Counted from the stretch's first letter, positions 47,730 through 57,330 are shown. The stretch is DNA of 64,000 bases from Fidelibacterota bacterium (GCA_014381925.1 JACNKR010000048.1:313-64312); one strand, 5' to 3'. The notes: generated from the sequence alone by a model not told the origin. Numbers and translations are program-made.

Positions 47730-48316
47730 TGCAAAAACATATTCCTAATTTACTCAGTTTATCTCGGGTTTTATTGACACCTGTTTTTTTATATTTTTTA
47801 CTTTTTTCTGATCATGAGCATGCAAAATTAATTTCAGCAATAATATTTACAATTGCATCAATTACAGATGCATTTGATGGGAAAATTGCACGAAAATATG
47901 GTTATGAAACTCGAATTGGCGTATTCTTAGATCCATTAGCAGATAAATTTTTAGTATTATCTGCATTTTTTTCATTTGTATTTTTGGGGGATATTGAATT
48001 AATTATGGTTATTTTAATTTCATTTAGAGATATTTTTGTTACTATATTAAGAATGATAATGGAGGCAAAAGGAGTTACAATGATAACAAGTAAAGCGGGG
48101 AAATTAAAAACCCTTCTTCAAATTGGAACCATTAATGTAATTTTTCTTTATATATTACTAAAATTTTATAAGTATTCAAATTATTTAGAAATCTTCGATA
48201 AATACCAAATTATTTATTTATTAATGTTAATTACAACAATAGTGACGGTATATACAGGTCTTCATTATTTTTATTATAATCATAAAAAATTAAAAACAAT
48301 ATTATTTAACAAATGA
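47729..48316 (+). CDS. pgsA: CDP-diacylglycerol--glycerol-3-phosphate 3-phosphatidyltransferase
   Basis: PNLLSLSR, TDAFDGKIARK...G.FLDPLADK, GKLKT..Q. Confidence 0.93.
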   Translation: MQKHIPNLLSLSRVLLTPVFLYFLLFSDHEHAKLISAIIFTIASITDAFDGKIARKYGYETRIGVFLDPLADKFLVLSAFFSFVFLGDIELIMVILISFRDIFVTILRMIMEAKGVTMITSKAGKLKTLLQIGTINVIFLYILLKFYKYSNYLEIFDKYQIIYLLMLITTIVTVYTGLHYFYYNHKKLKTILFNK

Positions 48317-48758
48317 CACTGATACACAAACTAATCAGCACTTTTTTTTTATCGGAAAATTACCATACGCTCCTGGAACATGGGGTAGTTTAGGTGCAAT
48401 TCTCATTTGGTGGTACATTCCGCACGATTTAATAATTCAATCCATTTTTATTTTATTATCAATCATAATTGGAACATGGAGTTCACAGATTTATGCGAAC
48501 CATTTAAATTTAAAAGACCCCTCTGAAATTGTAATTGATGAAGTTTCAGGAATGTGGATTACATTATTTTTTGTTCCTCATCAATTAAGTTTATTTATAA
48601 TTGGATTTGTTTTATTTAGATTTTTTGATATAAAAAAACCATGGCTAATTGATAAAGTTCAATATTATTCTGGTGGAATTGGTATTATGGCAGATGATAT
48701 TCTTGCTGGAATTTTTTCTCGAATTATTATTTATATTGGAGTGATTTTATTTCTTTAA
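48313..48758 (+). pseudogene. pgpA: Phosphatidylglycerophosphatase A, frameshifted in a T9 run (48342-48350); may be a sequencing error
   Basis: ATG 48313 overlaps the pgsA stop. Adding one T gives STFFFIGKLPYAPGTWGS...KDPSEIVIDEVSG...FRFFDIKKP...GIMADD. Confidence 0.85.
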
Positions 48759-49978
48759 GGGCATCAATATTAACAATTGGTAATGAATTAGTTTCTGGAT
48801 TTACAGTAGATACAAATTCTTCATGGTTGGGAAAAAAATTAGTTTCTCGAAAAATAATTGTTGAAAAAATAGTTTCTGTTAGAGATCAAGATGAAGCTAT
48901 TAAATTTGAATTACAATCTTTATTAAATAAAAAACCAGATTATTTATTTATAACTGGTGGACTTGGTCCAACTCATGATGATATTACTCAAAATTCAATT
49001 AAAACATTTTTTAAATTGGATGAAGATTTCGATCAAAAATATTATGATACCTTGAAAGTTAAATTTGCTGAACGCGGAATTGACATGCCGGAAAGTAATC
49101 GTAGTCAAGCAATTATATATAAAAATTGTAAAATGTTAAATAATCCAAAAGGTACTGCAAAAGGGATTGAAGTTAATTTTAATAATACTAAAATATTTGT
49201 TTTACCCGGCGTACCAATTGAGATGAAAGCTATTTTTTTTGATTCAATTAATTCTATTTTACCAGTTGAATCTAAAAACTCATTGATAACTTTAAGAGCT
49301 TTTGGTATTTCGGAGAGTAGTTTAGCTAAAAAAATGAATAAAATTTTAGATGAATGGAAATCAAAAGTTGAAATTGCATTTTTGCCAAGTCATTTAGGTG
49401 TTGATGTAAGAATAAATAATTTAGTAAACCCGAAAATTAATTTATCTGAAATTGTTGAATCTATAAATTCTGTTGTTGGTAATTATTTTTTTGGAAGTGG
49501 AAGTGAAAAATTAGAACAAATAGTTGTTGACGGGTTGAAATTAAATAATTTAACACTTTCAGTTGCTGAATCATGTACTGGTGGTAAATTAGCAAATTTC
49601 ATTACGTCGGTACCAGATAGTTCTTCTATTTTTATCGGTGGAATTGTGGCATATTCAAATTCGGTTAAAATGAATTTTTTAGATGTTGCTAAAGACACAA
49701 TTGAGAAAAATGGTGCAGTAAGTGAAGAAGTTGCAATCCAAATGGCAAATGGAATCCGAGAAAAAACAAACTCAGATATTGGAATTGGAATTACAGGAAT
49801 ATCTGGTCCAACGGGTGGATCCGTTGATAAACCTTTAGGACTCGTTTTTATTGCAATTTCAGGAAAGCAAAATAATAAAGTTAAAAAATTCATACTAAAA
49901 ATGGATAGAGTTATGCATCAGGAAACAACTTCCTATATTGCATTAAATATGATAAGGAGATATTATTTTAGAAAATAA
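48749..49978 (+). CDS. cinA: Competence/damage-inducible protein CinA (NMN deamidase fusion); probable ATT start
   Basis: The conserved N-terminus ILTIGNEL.SG..VDTNS lies upstream of the first standard start; TGGLGPTHDD, LPGVP.EM, VAESCTGG, GAVSEEVA, TGISGP. Confidence 0.92.
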   Translation: MSLRASILTIGNELVSGFTVDTNSSWLGKKLVSRKIIVEKIVSVRDQDEAIKFELQSLLNKKPDYLFITGGLGPTHDDITQNSIKTFFKLDEDFDQKYYDTLKVKFAERGIDMPESNRSQAIIYKNCKMLNNPKGTAKGIEVNFNNTKIFVLPGVPIEMKAIFFDSINSILPVESKNSLITLRAFGISESSLAKKMNKILDEWKSKVEIAFLPSHLGVDVRINNLVNPKINLSEIVESINSVVGNYFFGSGSEKLEQIVVDGLKLNNLTLSVAESCTGGKLANFITSVPDSSSIFIGGIVAYSNSVKMNFLDVAKDTIEKNGAVSEEVAIQMANGIREKTNSDIGIGITGISGPTGGSVDKPLGLVFIAISGKQNNKVKKFILKMDRVMHQETTSYIALNMIRRYYFRK

Positions 49979-50531
49979 ACGAATATTTATAGGGATTCCT
50001 GTAAGAGTGAATTTAAGTACAATGGTAGAAATGGTTCAAACTACAATTGATGCACCATATGGTGATATTAAGTGGGTCTTTGGAAAAAATTTACATATGA
50101 CACTATCTTTTTTAGGTAATTTAGATGAAAAGAAAATAAATGAATTAAGCCAAAAATTAGAAAGTCTTCAGTTTGGATCCCCGTTTAATTGTGTATTAAC
50201 ACATACTGGGGTTTTTCCTGATGAAAAAGAACCACGAGTCTTTTGGTTAGGTATAGAAAGAGGAAAAGATAGAGTAATTGGTATTGTTGAACAAATTAAT
50301 AACATATTAATAGAATTAGATTTACCTGTTGATGATAAATTATTTATTCCTCATATCACAATTGGTCGTGTAAAAAATAAAGAAAATGTGTGGAAAATAG
50401 GTTCAGATAATTACTTAAATGCCGTATTTTCACCTACGAGATTCCCCGTGAATTCAGTACATTTGTATCAAAGTGAATTAACTCAACAAGGAGTTAAGTT
50501 TACAACAATCGTTTCAAACAATTTACAATAA
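49965..50531 (+). CDS. thpR: RNA 2',3'-cyclic phosphodiesterase (2H family); probable ATT start
   Basis: KRIFIGIP N-terminus in frame upstream of GTG 50007; LHMTL.F and PHITIGR 2H motifs; GVFP...PRV.W. Confidence 0.88.
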   Translation: MLENKRIFIGIPVRVNLSTMVEMVQTTIDAPYGDIKWVFGKNLHMTLSFLGNLDEKKINELSQKLESLQFGSPFNCVLTHTGVFPDEKEPRVFWLGIERGKDRVIGIVEQINNILIELDLPVDDKLFIPHITIGRVKNKENVWKIGSDNYLNAVFSPTRFPVNSVHLYQSELTQQGVKFTTIVSNNLQ

Positions 50532-50544
50532 AGAGGACTTTATT

Positions 50545-51546
50545 ATGGAAAGCAAAGCAAAAGGTAAAAATTTAGATTTAGCCATTACTCAAATTGAAAG
50601 ACAATTTGGGAAGGGTTCAATTATGAAAATGGGAGATAAAAAAGCATTAAGTATTGAATCTATTTCGACAGGTTCAATTTCATTGGATGCAGCTATTGGA
50701 ATAGGTGGTATTCCCAAAGGACGAATAATAGAAATTTACGGCCCTGAATCATCTGGTAAAACAACATTAACTTTGCATATTATTACAGAAGCTCAAAAAG
50801 CAGGTGGTTCGGCAGCTTTTATTGACGCTGAACATGCGCTAGATCCGATTTATGCAAAAAAATTGGGGGTAGATACAGATACTTTATTAATTTCTCAACC
50901 AGACACAGGTGAACAAGCTTTAGAAATTACGGAAACTCTTGTGAGAAGTGGAGCATTGGATGTAATTGTAATTGATTCGGTTGCTGCATTAGTTCCAAAA
51001 AATGAATTGGATGGTGAGATGGGAGATTCCCACATGGGATTGCAGGCAAGATTAATGTCACAAGCATTAAGAAAATTAACAGGTACTGTTGCTAAATCTA
51101 AAACGTCAGTTATTTTTATTAATCAATTAAGACATAAAATTGGTGTAATGTTTGGAAGCCCTGAAACAACAACAGGAGGGAATGCACTTAAATTTTATTC
51201 ATCACTTCGGTTAGACATTAGGAGAATTGGTCAAATTAAAGATGCCGACCAAGTGGTAGGAAATAGAACTCGTGTTAAAGTAGTAAAAAATAAAGTAGCA
51301 CCCCCATTTAAACAGACCGAATTTGATATAATGTATGGTGAAGGTATTTCATATATTGGTGACTTATTGGATTTAGCTGTTACAGCAAATATTGTACAGA
51401 AAATGGGAGCATGGTTTTCTTATGGCGATGCTAAAATTGGTCAAGGCCGAGAAAAGGCAAAACGATATTTAGCTGAAAATGAATCTATTACTGTTGAAAT
51501 AACAGAAAAAGTAAAAGCATTTTTAGGAATAGAAACTGAAAAATAA
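50545..51546 (+). CDS. recA: Recombinase RecA
   Basis: [42 protein letters not shown]. Confidence 0.99.
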   Translation: MESKAKGKNLDLAITQIERQFGKGSIMKMGDKKALSIESISTGSISLDAAIGIGGIPKGRIIEIYGPESSGKTTLTLHIITEAQKAGGSAAFIDAEHALDPIYAKKLGVDTDTLLISQPDTGEQALEITETLVRSGALDVIVIDSVAALVPKNELDGEMGDSHMGLQARLMSQALRKLTGTVAKSKTSVIFINQLRHKIGVMFGSPETTTGGNALKFYSSLRLDIRRIGQIKDADQVVGNRTRVKVVKNKVAPPFKQTEFDIMYGEGISYIGDLLDLAVTANIVQKMGAWFSYGDAKIGQGREKAKRYLAENESITVEITEKVKAFLGIETEK

Positions 51547-51558
51547 TATTTTAATAAT

Positions 51559-52845
51559 TTGTATAGGATAAAATTTATTTTCAAAATACTATTATTTATA
51601 TTTAATGTAATCTTTTTTTCTACTCTTGCTTTTTCTACTGAATTAGATTTTGAAGTTGTGGTGCATAATGAAGGTGCTTCAACAAAAAATCTTATTTTCC
51701 ATACTATGAACAATCAATTCCTCGCGATTTTAGATAGTAATTTAGTTCCATATTGGCAAATTAAGGTTGATGAAATAGGTTTAGATTTTAAAGTAAATCA
51801 AAATAATTTAACTTATTTTCAAAAAGATAGTACTTCTTGGATTGTATTAAATTCAGAAATGCAAGAGGTAGATACTTTAAAATGCACAAACGAACTAAAA
51901 GCTGATTACCATGATATTCAATTATTAGAAAGTGGTGGTTATATTTTACAATCATATCATGATGAAATTATGGATATGTCGCAATATATTTCAAATGGAT
52001 ATACAAATGCGGTTGTAAATGAGTTGGTCATTCAAGAATTTGATGTAAATCATAATTTAATTTTTGAATGGTATGCACATGACCATTTAAATATTGGTGA
52101 TTATTCAACTTTAAATTTATTTCTTGCTGATTTTACCTGGATGCATGGTAATAGTATTGAAATTGATTTTGATGAAAATTTGATTTTATCAAATAGACGA
52201 AGTAGTGAAGCAATTAAAATAGATAGAAATACAGGTGATGTTATTTGGATTTTAGGTGGTCCAATGAGTGATTTTACATTTCTTCATGATTCCTTTAATG
52301 GATTTTCTAAACAACATGATGTGAGAAGATTGCAAAATGGAAATATTTTAATTTTTGATAATGGTACTCAACATACTCCTCAAATATCTCGAATTATTGA
52401 ATATGAGTTAAATATAGACAATATGACTGCTGATTTAATTTGGGAATATAGTCACCCTGAGGAATATGTGGGATTATCGATGGGTAGTGTTCAACGATTA
52501 GAAAATGGAAATACATTAATTAATTGGGGGAATATTTCAAATTCGGGTGCTATCGTTACAGAAGTTAATATGGAAAAAGAAATTGTCATGGAAATTCATT
52601 TTCCAATGGGTAATAATATTTATAAAGTTCGAAAAAATGATTGGCAATTTAATATTGATTTAATGAAAGCTGACTTAAACTTAGATCAAATAATCAATAT
52701 TTTAGATATATTAGCTGTAGTTAATATTATTTTAGATTCCAATTCATCAAGTACTGCTTTTCAATTATTTAAAAGTGATTTAAATAATGATGGAGAAATT
52801 AATATTGCTGATATTATTATAATGATTACACTTATTTTGGAATAG
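51559..52845 (+). CDS. Secreted aryl-sulfate sulfotransferase (ASST)-like protein with C-terminal dockerin-like domain
   Basis: Signal peptide; DYHD, HGNSI, LSNR, QHD, FDNG, GSVQRL.NGNTLI.WG; ADLNLDQIINILD / SDLNNDGEINIAD. Confidence 0.82.
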   Translation: MYRIKFIFKILLFIFNVIFFSTLAFSTELDFEVVVHNEGASTKNLIFHTMNNQFLAILDSNLVPYWQIKVDEIGLDFKVNQNNLTYFQKDSTSWIVLNSEMQEVDTLKCTNELKADYHDIQLLESGGYILQSYHDEIMDMSQYISNGYTNAVVNELVIQEFDVNHNLIFEWYAHDHLNIGDYSTLNLFLADFTWMHGNSIEIDFDENLILSNRRSSEAIKIDRNTGDVIWILGGPMSDFTFLHDSFNGFSKQHDVRRLQNGNILIFDNGTQHTPQISRIIEYELNIDNMTADLIWEYSHPEEYVGLSMGSVQRLENGNTLINWGNISNSGAIVTEVNMEKEIVMEIHFPMGNNIYKVRKNDWQFNIDLMKADLNLDQIINILDILAVVNIILDSNSSSTAFQLFKSDLNNDGEINIADIIIMITLILE

Positions 52846-52911
52846 AATTTCCTTCAGAATCTATATTTTTATGGGGTTTTTTTATATCATTAAATAAAAT
52901 TGATTCTATTT

Positions 52912-53673
52912 TTAATCCAATTGAATTAATGAATCTGGTTTGATAAAAAACCACTTAATTGAACCTATATTTTTAATTTTATTTAACTTACTTTCAGCAT
53001 CTATAATCAATTTAAAGCTTACCCTTCTTGAACTTTTTTCATCTTCAAATCTTGACTGCCCATCAACATTGTATAAAATTTTACTCGATGAATATCCAAT
53101 TGATGAAAGTATATTACGTGTCCAAAGATCTATTTCCCCAATATTATAAATATTTAAAACATATTTTAATACATTTGAGCTTCTTTTTTGGGATAATTTC
53201 ATATTTTTTAAATATGCTTCCAGCCCTCTTTTTTCCCCATCACCCCAATCACTACTTGTATGACCTTCAATTTGAATAGCACTAATCTGGTTCCTAAATT
53301 GTTCATTTTTTATAATAAAAATATACCTAGGAAAAAATATATCTAAAATATTTTTAAATTGGTCTGAAAGTTCAGCCTTCCCTTTTTTAAATAAAACCTC
53401 TGAACTATTAAATTTAAATGCAAGTGTAGTAGGATCGAAATCTGCTTCCCAATCCTCAAATTCATCGGAAAATTCTTCTTTGATTTCAGAAGCAATATCT
53501 TGCTTGATTAATTGATAATCTATAACAATGTCTTTGGCCGATTCAGCAATTTCACTGGAGTTACTAATATAATTTATAGAAATAAAAAGAAAGATAATTG
53601 TTAAACCAGTCATTACATCAGATACATAAGTCCAATAATCTTCACTTTGTTTTTGCCTTTTGAATTTAGCCAA
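52912..53673 (-). CDS. ZorB/MotB-like protein (TM + OmpA-like peptidoglycan-binding domain), Asp-containing copy
   Basis: YWTYVSDVMTGLTIIFLFI, VLF..G, FFPRY, IEGHTSSDW, NMKLSQKRS, SRRVSF. Confidence 0.85.
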   Translation of the reverse strand: MAKFKRQKQSEDYWTYVSDVMTGLTIIFLFISINYISNSSEIAESAKDIVIDYQLIKQDIASEIKEEFSDEFEDWEADFDPTTLAFKFNSSEVLFKKGKAELSDQFKNILDIFFPRYIFIIKNEQFRNQISAIQIEGHTSSDWGDGEKRGLEAYLKNMKLSQKRSSNVLKYVLNIYNIGEIDLWTRNILSSIGYSSSKILYNVDGQSRFEDEKSSRRVSFKLIIDAESKLNKIKNIGSIKWFFIKPDSLIQLD

Positions 53674-53674
53674 T

Positions 53675-54388
53675 TTAAATATTGGAATCAGGTTTAGATA
53701 TTTGATCTAATCTTAATTCGGCATCTGTCACAATTCTAAATACAACACGTCTGGAAGTGATTTTATCTTCAACGACACGAGGACCTATTTCTATATATTT
53801 TAGTTGACTTGAAGAATATCCAATCGAAGTGATTTTATTTCGTGTCCAAATATCAGTATCTCCAATATCTTCAATTTTCAATACAAATTCTAATACTTTT
53901 GCACTTCTTAATTGAGATAATTCCATATTTTTTATATAAGCAGTTAATCCTGTTGTTTTGCTATCCCACTCACTGCTCGTATGTCCTTCAATCTGTATTG
54001 CATAGATATATTCTCGGAATTTTAAATTTTTTAAAATTTTTAAATATCTTGGAAAAAAATCATTTAATATAGATTTAAATTCGGGAGTAAGTTCTGAGCT
54101 ACCTTTTTTAAATAGCACATCTGGGCTATTAAATTGAAAAGATAGAGTTGATGGATCCACTAAAGCATTCCACATACCCATTTCATTTAGGAATTCAAAT
54201 TTTATAGATTCTATAATTTCCTCTTTTATTTTTTCAAAATTTTCCACAATGTCCTTTGCATCATCATTTTCTAACTTTACACTATGAATATAGGTAATTG
54301 CAATAAATAAGAAAACTACCATTAGCCCAGACATGATTGCCGAAATATGAATAGAATATTCATCATCTTGTTCATGGCGTAAAGTCAT
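53675..54388 (-). CDS. ZorB/MotB-like paralog lacking the conserved TM Asp
   Basis: YSIHISAIMSGLMVVFLFI, VLF..G, FFPRY, IEGHTSSEW, NMELSQLRS, SRRVVF. Confidence 0.85.
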   Translation of the reverse strand: MTLRHEQDDEYSIHISAIMSGLMVVFLFIAITYIHSVKLENDDAKDIVENFEKIKEEIIESIKFEFLNEMGMWNALVDPSTLSFQFNSPDVLFKKGSSELTPEFKSILNDFFPRYLKILKNLKFREYIYAIQIEGHTSSEWDSKTTGLTAYIKNMELSQLRSAKVLEFVLKIEDIGDTDIWTRNKITSIGYSSSQLKYIEIGPRVVEDKITSRRVVFRIVTDAELRLDQISKPDSNI

Positions 54389-54412
54389 TAAATAACTTTA
54401 TGCTTTTCTTTT

Positions 54413-55636
54413 TTATACATTTATTTTAGCTTTATCCTCAAGAAGATGTTTTAGAGTATATATGAGCCTTTTATTATTATCTGTTATTTGTTGAGTTTGA
54501 TTATCTGACTCTTTTAATAATTTTTTAATATTTGTATTTAATTCTTGAAGTTCTATTACAGATCTGACTTGCCATTTCCCAGCTTCATCAGCTTCCGTTG
54601 ATTTCTTCTCAAATGATTGGCTCATTTTTTCAGTTGCTTCTAACATTGTTTTACCAAGGTTTTCAGAAAATTGACTCATATTTTGTTCAATACTAGGTAC
54701 AACCTCTTTAGTTGATTCTCCAACGGTAAGAGTAAATTTATTGATTGAATGTTTAAGATTTTCATTGGTTTGGGTAATTGAACTAACTAATTCTTTAAAT
54801 TGTTTTTTTAAATCTTTCTGTTGATCTTCCTGACTCTGTTCTGTTTGGAATCTTAATTTTTTAATTCCATCAGAAATATCACCTAAAATTACAGAATATT
54901 GAGATAATCCAGATAATTTAGAGGTCAATTCATCAAGTTTAGCACTATAATCGTCTTTAACAAGAAGCTCTTGTAATAGTGATACCATTTGTTTTTGACT
55001 TTCATCTGTATTAGTTTCAATTCCAATGGAACTAGATAATTTTTTAATAAATGATAGTAATTCGTCGTTATTTGATTTATTACTATCTAGTAGCTTTTTT
55101 ATTTGAGATTCTAAATTTTGAGGAGTTTCATTGGATTGGGAGTCCGCCTTTAAATTTAATTGATTTATACCTTTAAGCATCTCACTCATTAAATGTGCTA
55201 ACGATTTATTATTATCCCCTGATAATTTTAAATTTAATTCATCAAGTTTTTCATTATAATCATTACGATTTAATAACTCTTTTAATATGGGCACAACATT
55301 TTCAGAGTTTGATTCAATGGATTCTTGGGTGTCGGGGATTTCGTCTTCTTCATCTTCTCGACTTAATTCAAACTTTTTTAAAATTGTTAAAATAATACCT
55401 GTAATTGATGAAACAAATGCAAGTTTTAATCCTTCAAGAAGTTTGGGCACAGATGTGTCGATGTTGTTTACATCAAATGCATATAATCCGATAGCAATAC
55501 CAGTAAATGTACCTAAAATCCCTAATGATGACAAAATAGTTGGTAAAATATATTTGTGTTTTGGATGATTTCTCAGCAAAACATAAAATGCAATAATTAT
55601 AACAATTGATAATGGCGTTAAAATACTCTGTAACAT
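54413..55636 (-). CDS. ZorA-like MotA/TolQ/ExbB-family membrane protein with long helical cytoplasmic tail
   Basis: PTILSSLGILGTFTGIAIGL, FD...I..S...LLEGLKLAFVSSITG, then about 310 aa of predicted helical tail. Confidence 0.82.
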   Translation of the reverse strand: MLQSILTPLSIVIIIAFYVLLRNHPKHKYILPTILSSLGILGTFTGIAIGLYAFDVNNIDTSVPKLLEGLKLAFVSSITGIILTILKKFELSREDEEDEIPDTQESIESNSENVVPILKELLNRNDYNEKLDELNLKLSGDNNKSLAHLMSEMLKGINQLNLKADSQSNETPQNLESQIKKLLDSNKSNNDELLSFIKKLSSSIGIETNTDESQKQMVSLLQELLVKDDYSAKLDELTSKLSGLSQYSVILGDISDGIKKLRFQTEQSQEDQQKDLKKQFKELVSSITQTNENLKHSINKFTLTVGESTKEVVPSIEQNMSQFSENLGKTMLEATEKMSQSFEKKSTEADEAGKWQVRSVIELQELNTNIKKLLKESDNQTQQITDNNKRLIYTLKHLLEDKAKINV

Positions 55637-55893
55637 TTTTCCCTTTATTCAGAATGCCAAATATAATAGGATGAGTTAATTCAATTATAATGAAAATCTA
55701 ATTAATTTTATTGAATTTATTTTAAATATTCACCATTTATTTAATTTTATACTATTAGGTTTTGAAATATGTTATCTAATAATTGAATTTCAGTACATTT
55801 TTCTGATGATTTACGAATATAAAAAAAATAATTCTTCATGTGAAATAAATAGCTAATCACTATTAAATTTTCTATCAAGATTAGGAGTAAATA

Positions 55894-56247
55894 TTGAAAG
55901 TTGAGTACATGAATAAGGGCCAATGGGGCAAAGTGGTCGCTTTTTTTTCTGTAAGAACAGAAGAAGGATTTATAATAAAAGGCCTAAAACTCATTGAAGG
56001 AATAAATGGAAAATTTGTAGGATTTCCAAGTGAAAAAGGAAAAGATGGTGAATACCGAGATACTGTATTAGCTACAAAAGAGTTAAGAGAAAAGTTAACT
56101 CAATTTGCTATAAAAGAATATGGTGGTGATGTAATGCATAATTCAGGCTATGGAAATAATACACCAAATGATTTTAACAATGAAATGCCAGCTCCACAAT
56201 CAGCACCTGCACCAGCTAAAGCATACGACGATGACATACCTTTTTAA
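55894..56247 (+). CDS. SpoVG-family nucleic-acid-binding protein with SSB-like acidic C-terminal tail
   Basis: F.IKG.KLIEG.NG.FV.FPS.K.KDGEYRD; low-complexity linker; ends YDDDIPF; AGGAG SD with TTG start. Confidence 0.82.
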   Translation: MKVEYMNKGQWGKVVAFFSVRTEEGFIIKGLKLIEGINGKFVGFPSEKGKDGEYRDTVLATKELREKLTQFAIKEYGGDVMHNSGYGNNTPNDFNNEMPAPQSAPAPAKAYDDDIPF

Positions 56248-56254
56248 ATTTTAA

Positions 56255-56626
56255 ATGTCGCAAATTATTGCGGTAGGGGTAGGTGGTTTTATAGGTGCAA
56301 CTTCAAGATATTTTGTCGGGCTCAAATTAGTAGATATTTTTTCTAAATCATTTACACCAACTTTAGTTATAAATATAATTGGCTGTATTTTATTTGGATA
56401 TTTTGTAAATCACAGTTTTATAACAGAATCAAATTATCCTTTAAAAGAATTTATACTTATTGGAATTTTAGGTGGATTTACAACTTTTTCGACTTTTGGA
56501 TTTGAATTTATTTCTTTAATTCAAAAAGGACAACAACAAATGGCATTTATTTATATCGGATTAAGTATTATTCTTGGTGGAATCGGGTTATATCTTGGAA
56601 TAAGTTTGAACCGATTATTTTCATGA
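56255..56626 (+). CDS. crcB: Fluoride efflux channel FluC/CrcB
   Basis: GGFIGATSRY, TL.IN..G, GILGGFTTFSTF. Confidence 0.93.
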   Translation: MSQIIAVGVGGFIGATSRYFVGLKLVDIFSKSFTPTLVINIIGCILFGYFVNHSFITESNYPLKEFILIGILGGFTTFSTFGFEFISLIQKGQQQMAFIYIGLSIILGGIGLYLGISLNRLFS

Positions 56627-56658
56627 ACAAATAAAATATTATATAATGGAGCGTTACT

Positions 56659-57330
56659 ATGGCATGGTTTTTTAAATTTATAAATTCATCAATAGGTAAG
56701 AAATTTATAATGGCACTTACTGGATTATTATTAAGTTTATTTTTAATTATTCATCTGGGGAATAATTTATTGCTACTGGTTGATGAAGATATTTTTAATA
56801 GCTTAGTTGGAGGTCTTGGAGGATTAAAGCCTTTAGTCCGTGTTATTGAAGTATTATTAGCAATTCTGTTTATGATTCATATTATAAATGGAATTCGTCT
56901 CACAATTCAAAATAAAAAATCCTCACCACAGGGAAATAAAGTAAATAGTGGTACAGAAACTGCCTCTATCTCATCACAAACAATGGCTATTTCAGGAATT
57001 ACAATCTTAGCATTTCTTATTTTTCATTTAAGAACAATTTGGGTAAAATTTCAAGAAATGCATGCTTCACAAGATCATGAGTTTTTCAATGTTGTAGCAG
57101 AGTCTAATATTGGGTTTGGGAATATTTGGATAACTATTTTTTATATTATTGCATTAATTTTATTATCAATGCATTTAAAACATGGTTTTCAGTCTGCATT
57201 TCAAACATTTGGATTGTCAGACAGTCGATATAAAACAATTATAAATTGTATAGCAGTTTTTTTCTGGTTTGTAATTCCCGGATTATTTATTACAATTGCT
57301 ATATATTTTGGTTTCTTCTTTAACAATTAA
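56659..57330 (+). CDS. sdhC: Succinate dehydrogenase/fumarate reductase cytochrome b subunit
   Basis: SSIGKK..MALTG, H..NL, H...G, FH, HL.HGFQSAFQT; five TM helices. Confidence 0.92.
   Translation: MAWFFKFINSSIGKKFIMALTGLLLSLFLIIHLGNNLLLLVDEDIFNSLVGGLGGLKPLVRVIEVLLAILFMIHIINGIRLTIQNKKSSPQGNKVNSGTETASISSQTMAISGITILAFLIFHLRTIWVKFQEMHASQDHEFFNVVAESNIGFGNIWITIFYIIALILLSMHLKHGFQSAFQTFGLSDSRYKTIINCIAVFFWFVIPGLFITIAIYFGFFFNN

Noticed and set aside
52912-55636. Reading the zor-like genes as the flagellar stator for the orphan flagellin
   Set aside because: The A subunit lacks the MotA cytoplasmic torque domain and has a long tail; the B motifs are ZorB-like; the genes are 51 kb from fliC.
55640-56254. 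Fluoride riboswitch upstream of crcB
   Set aside because: Only a CTGATGA fragment near 55803; the GGNGATGG...CC core and pseudoknot pairing are absent, and crcB directly follows spoVG.
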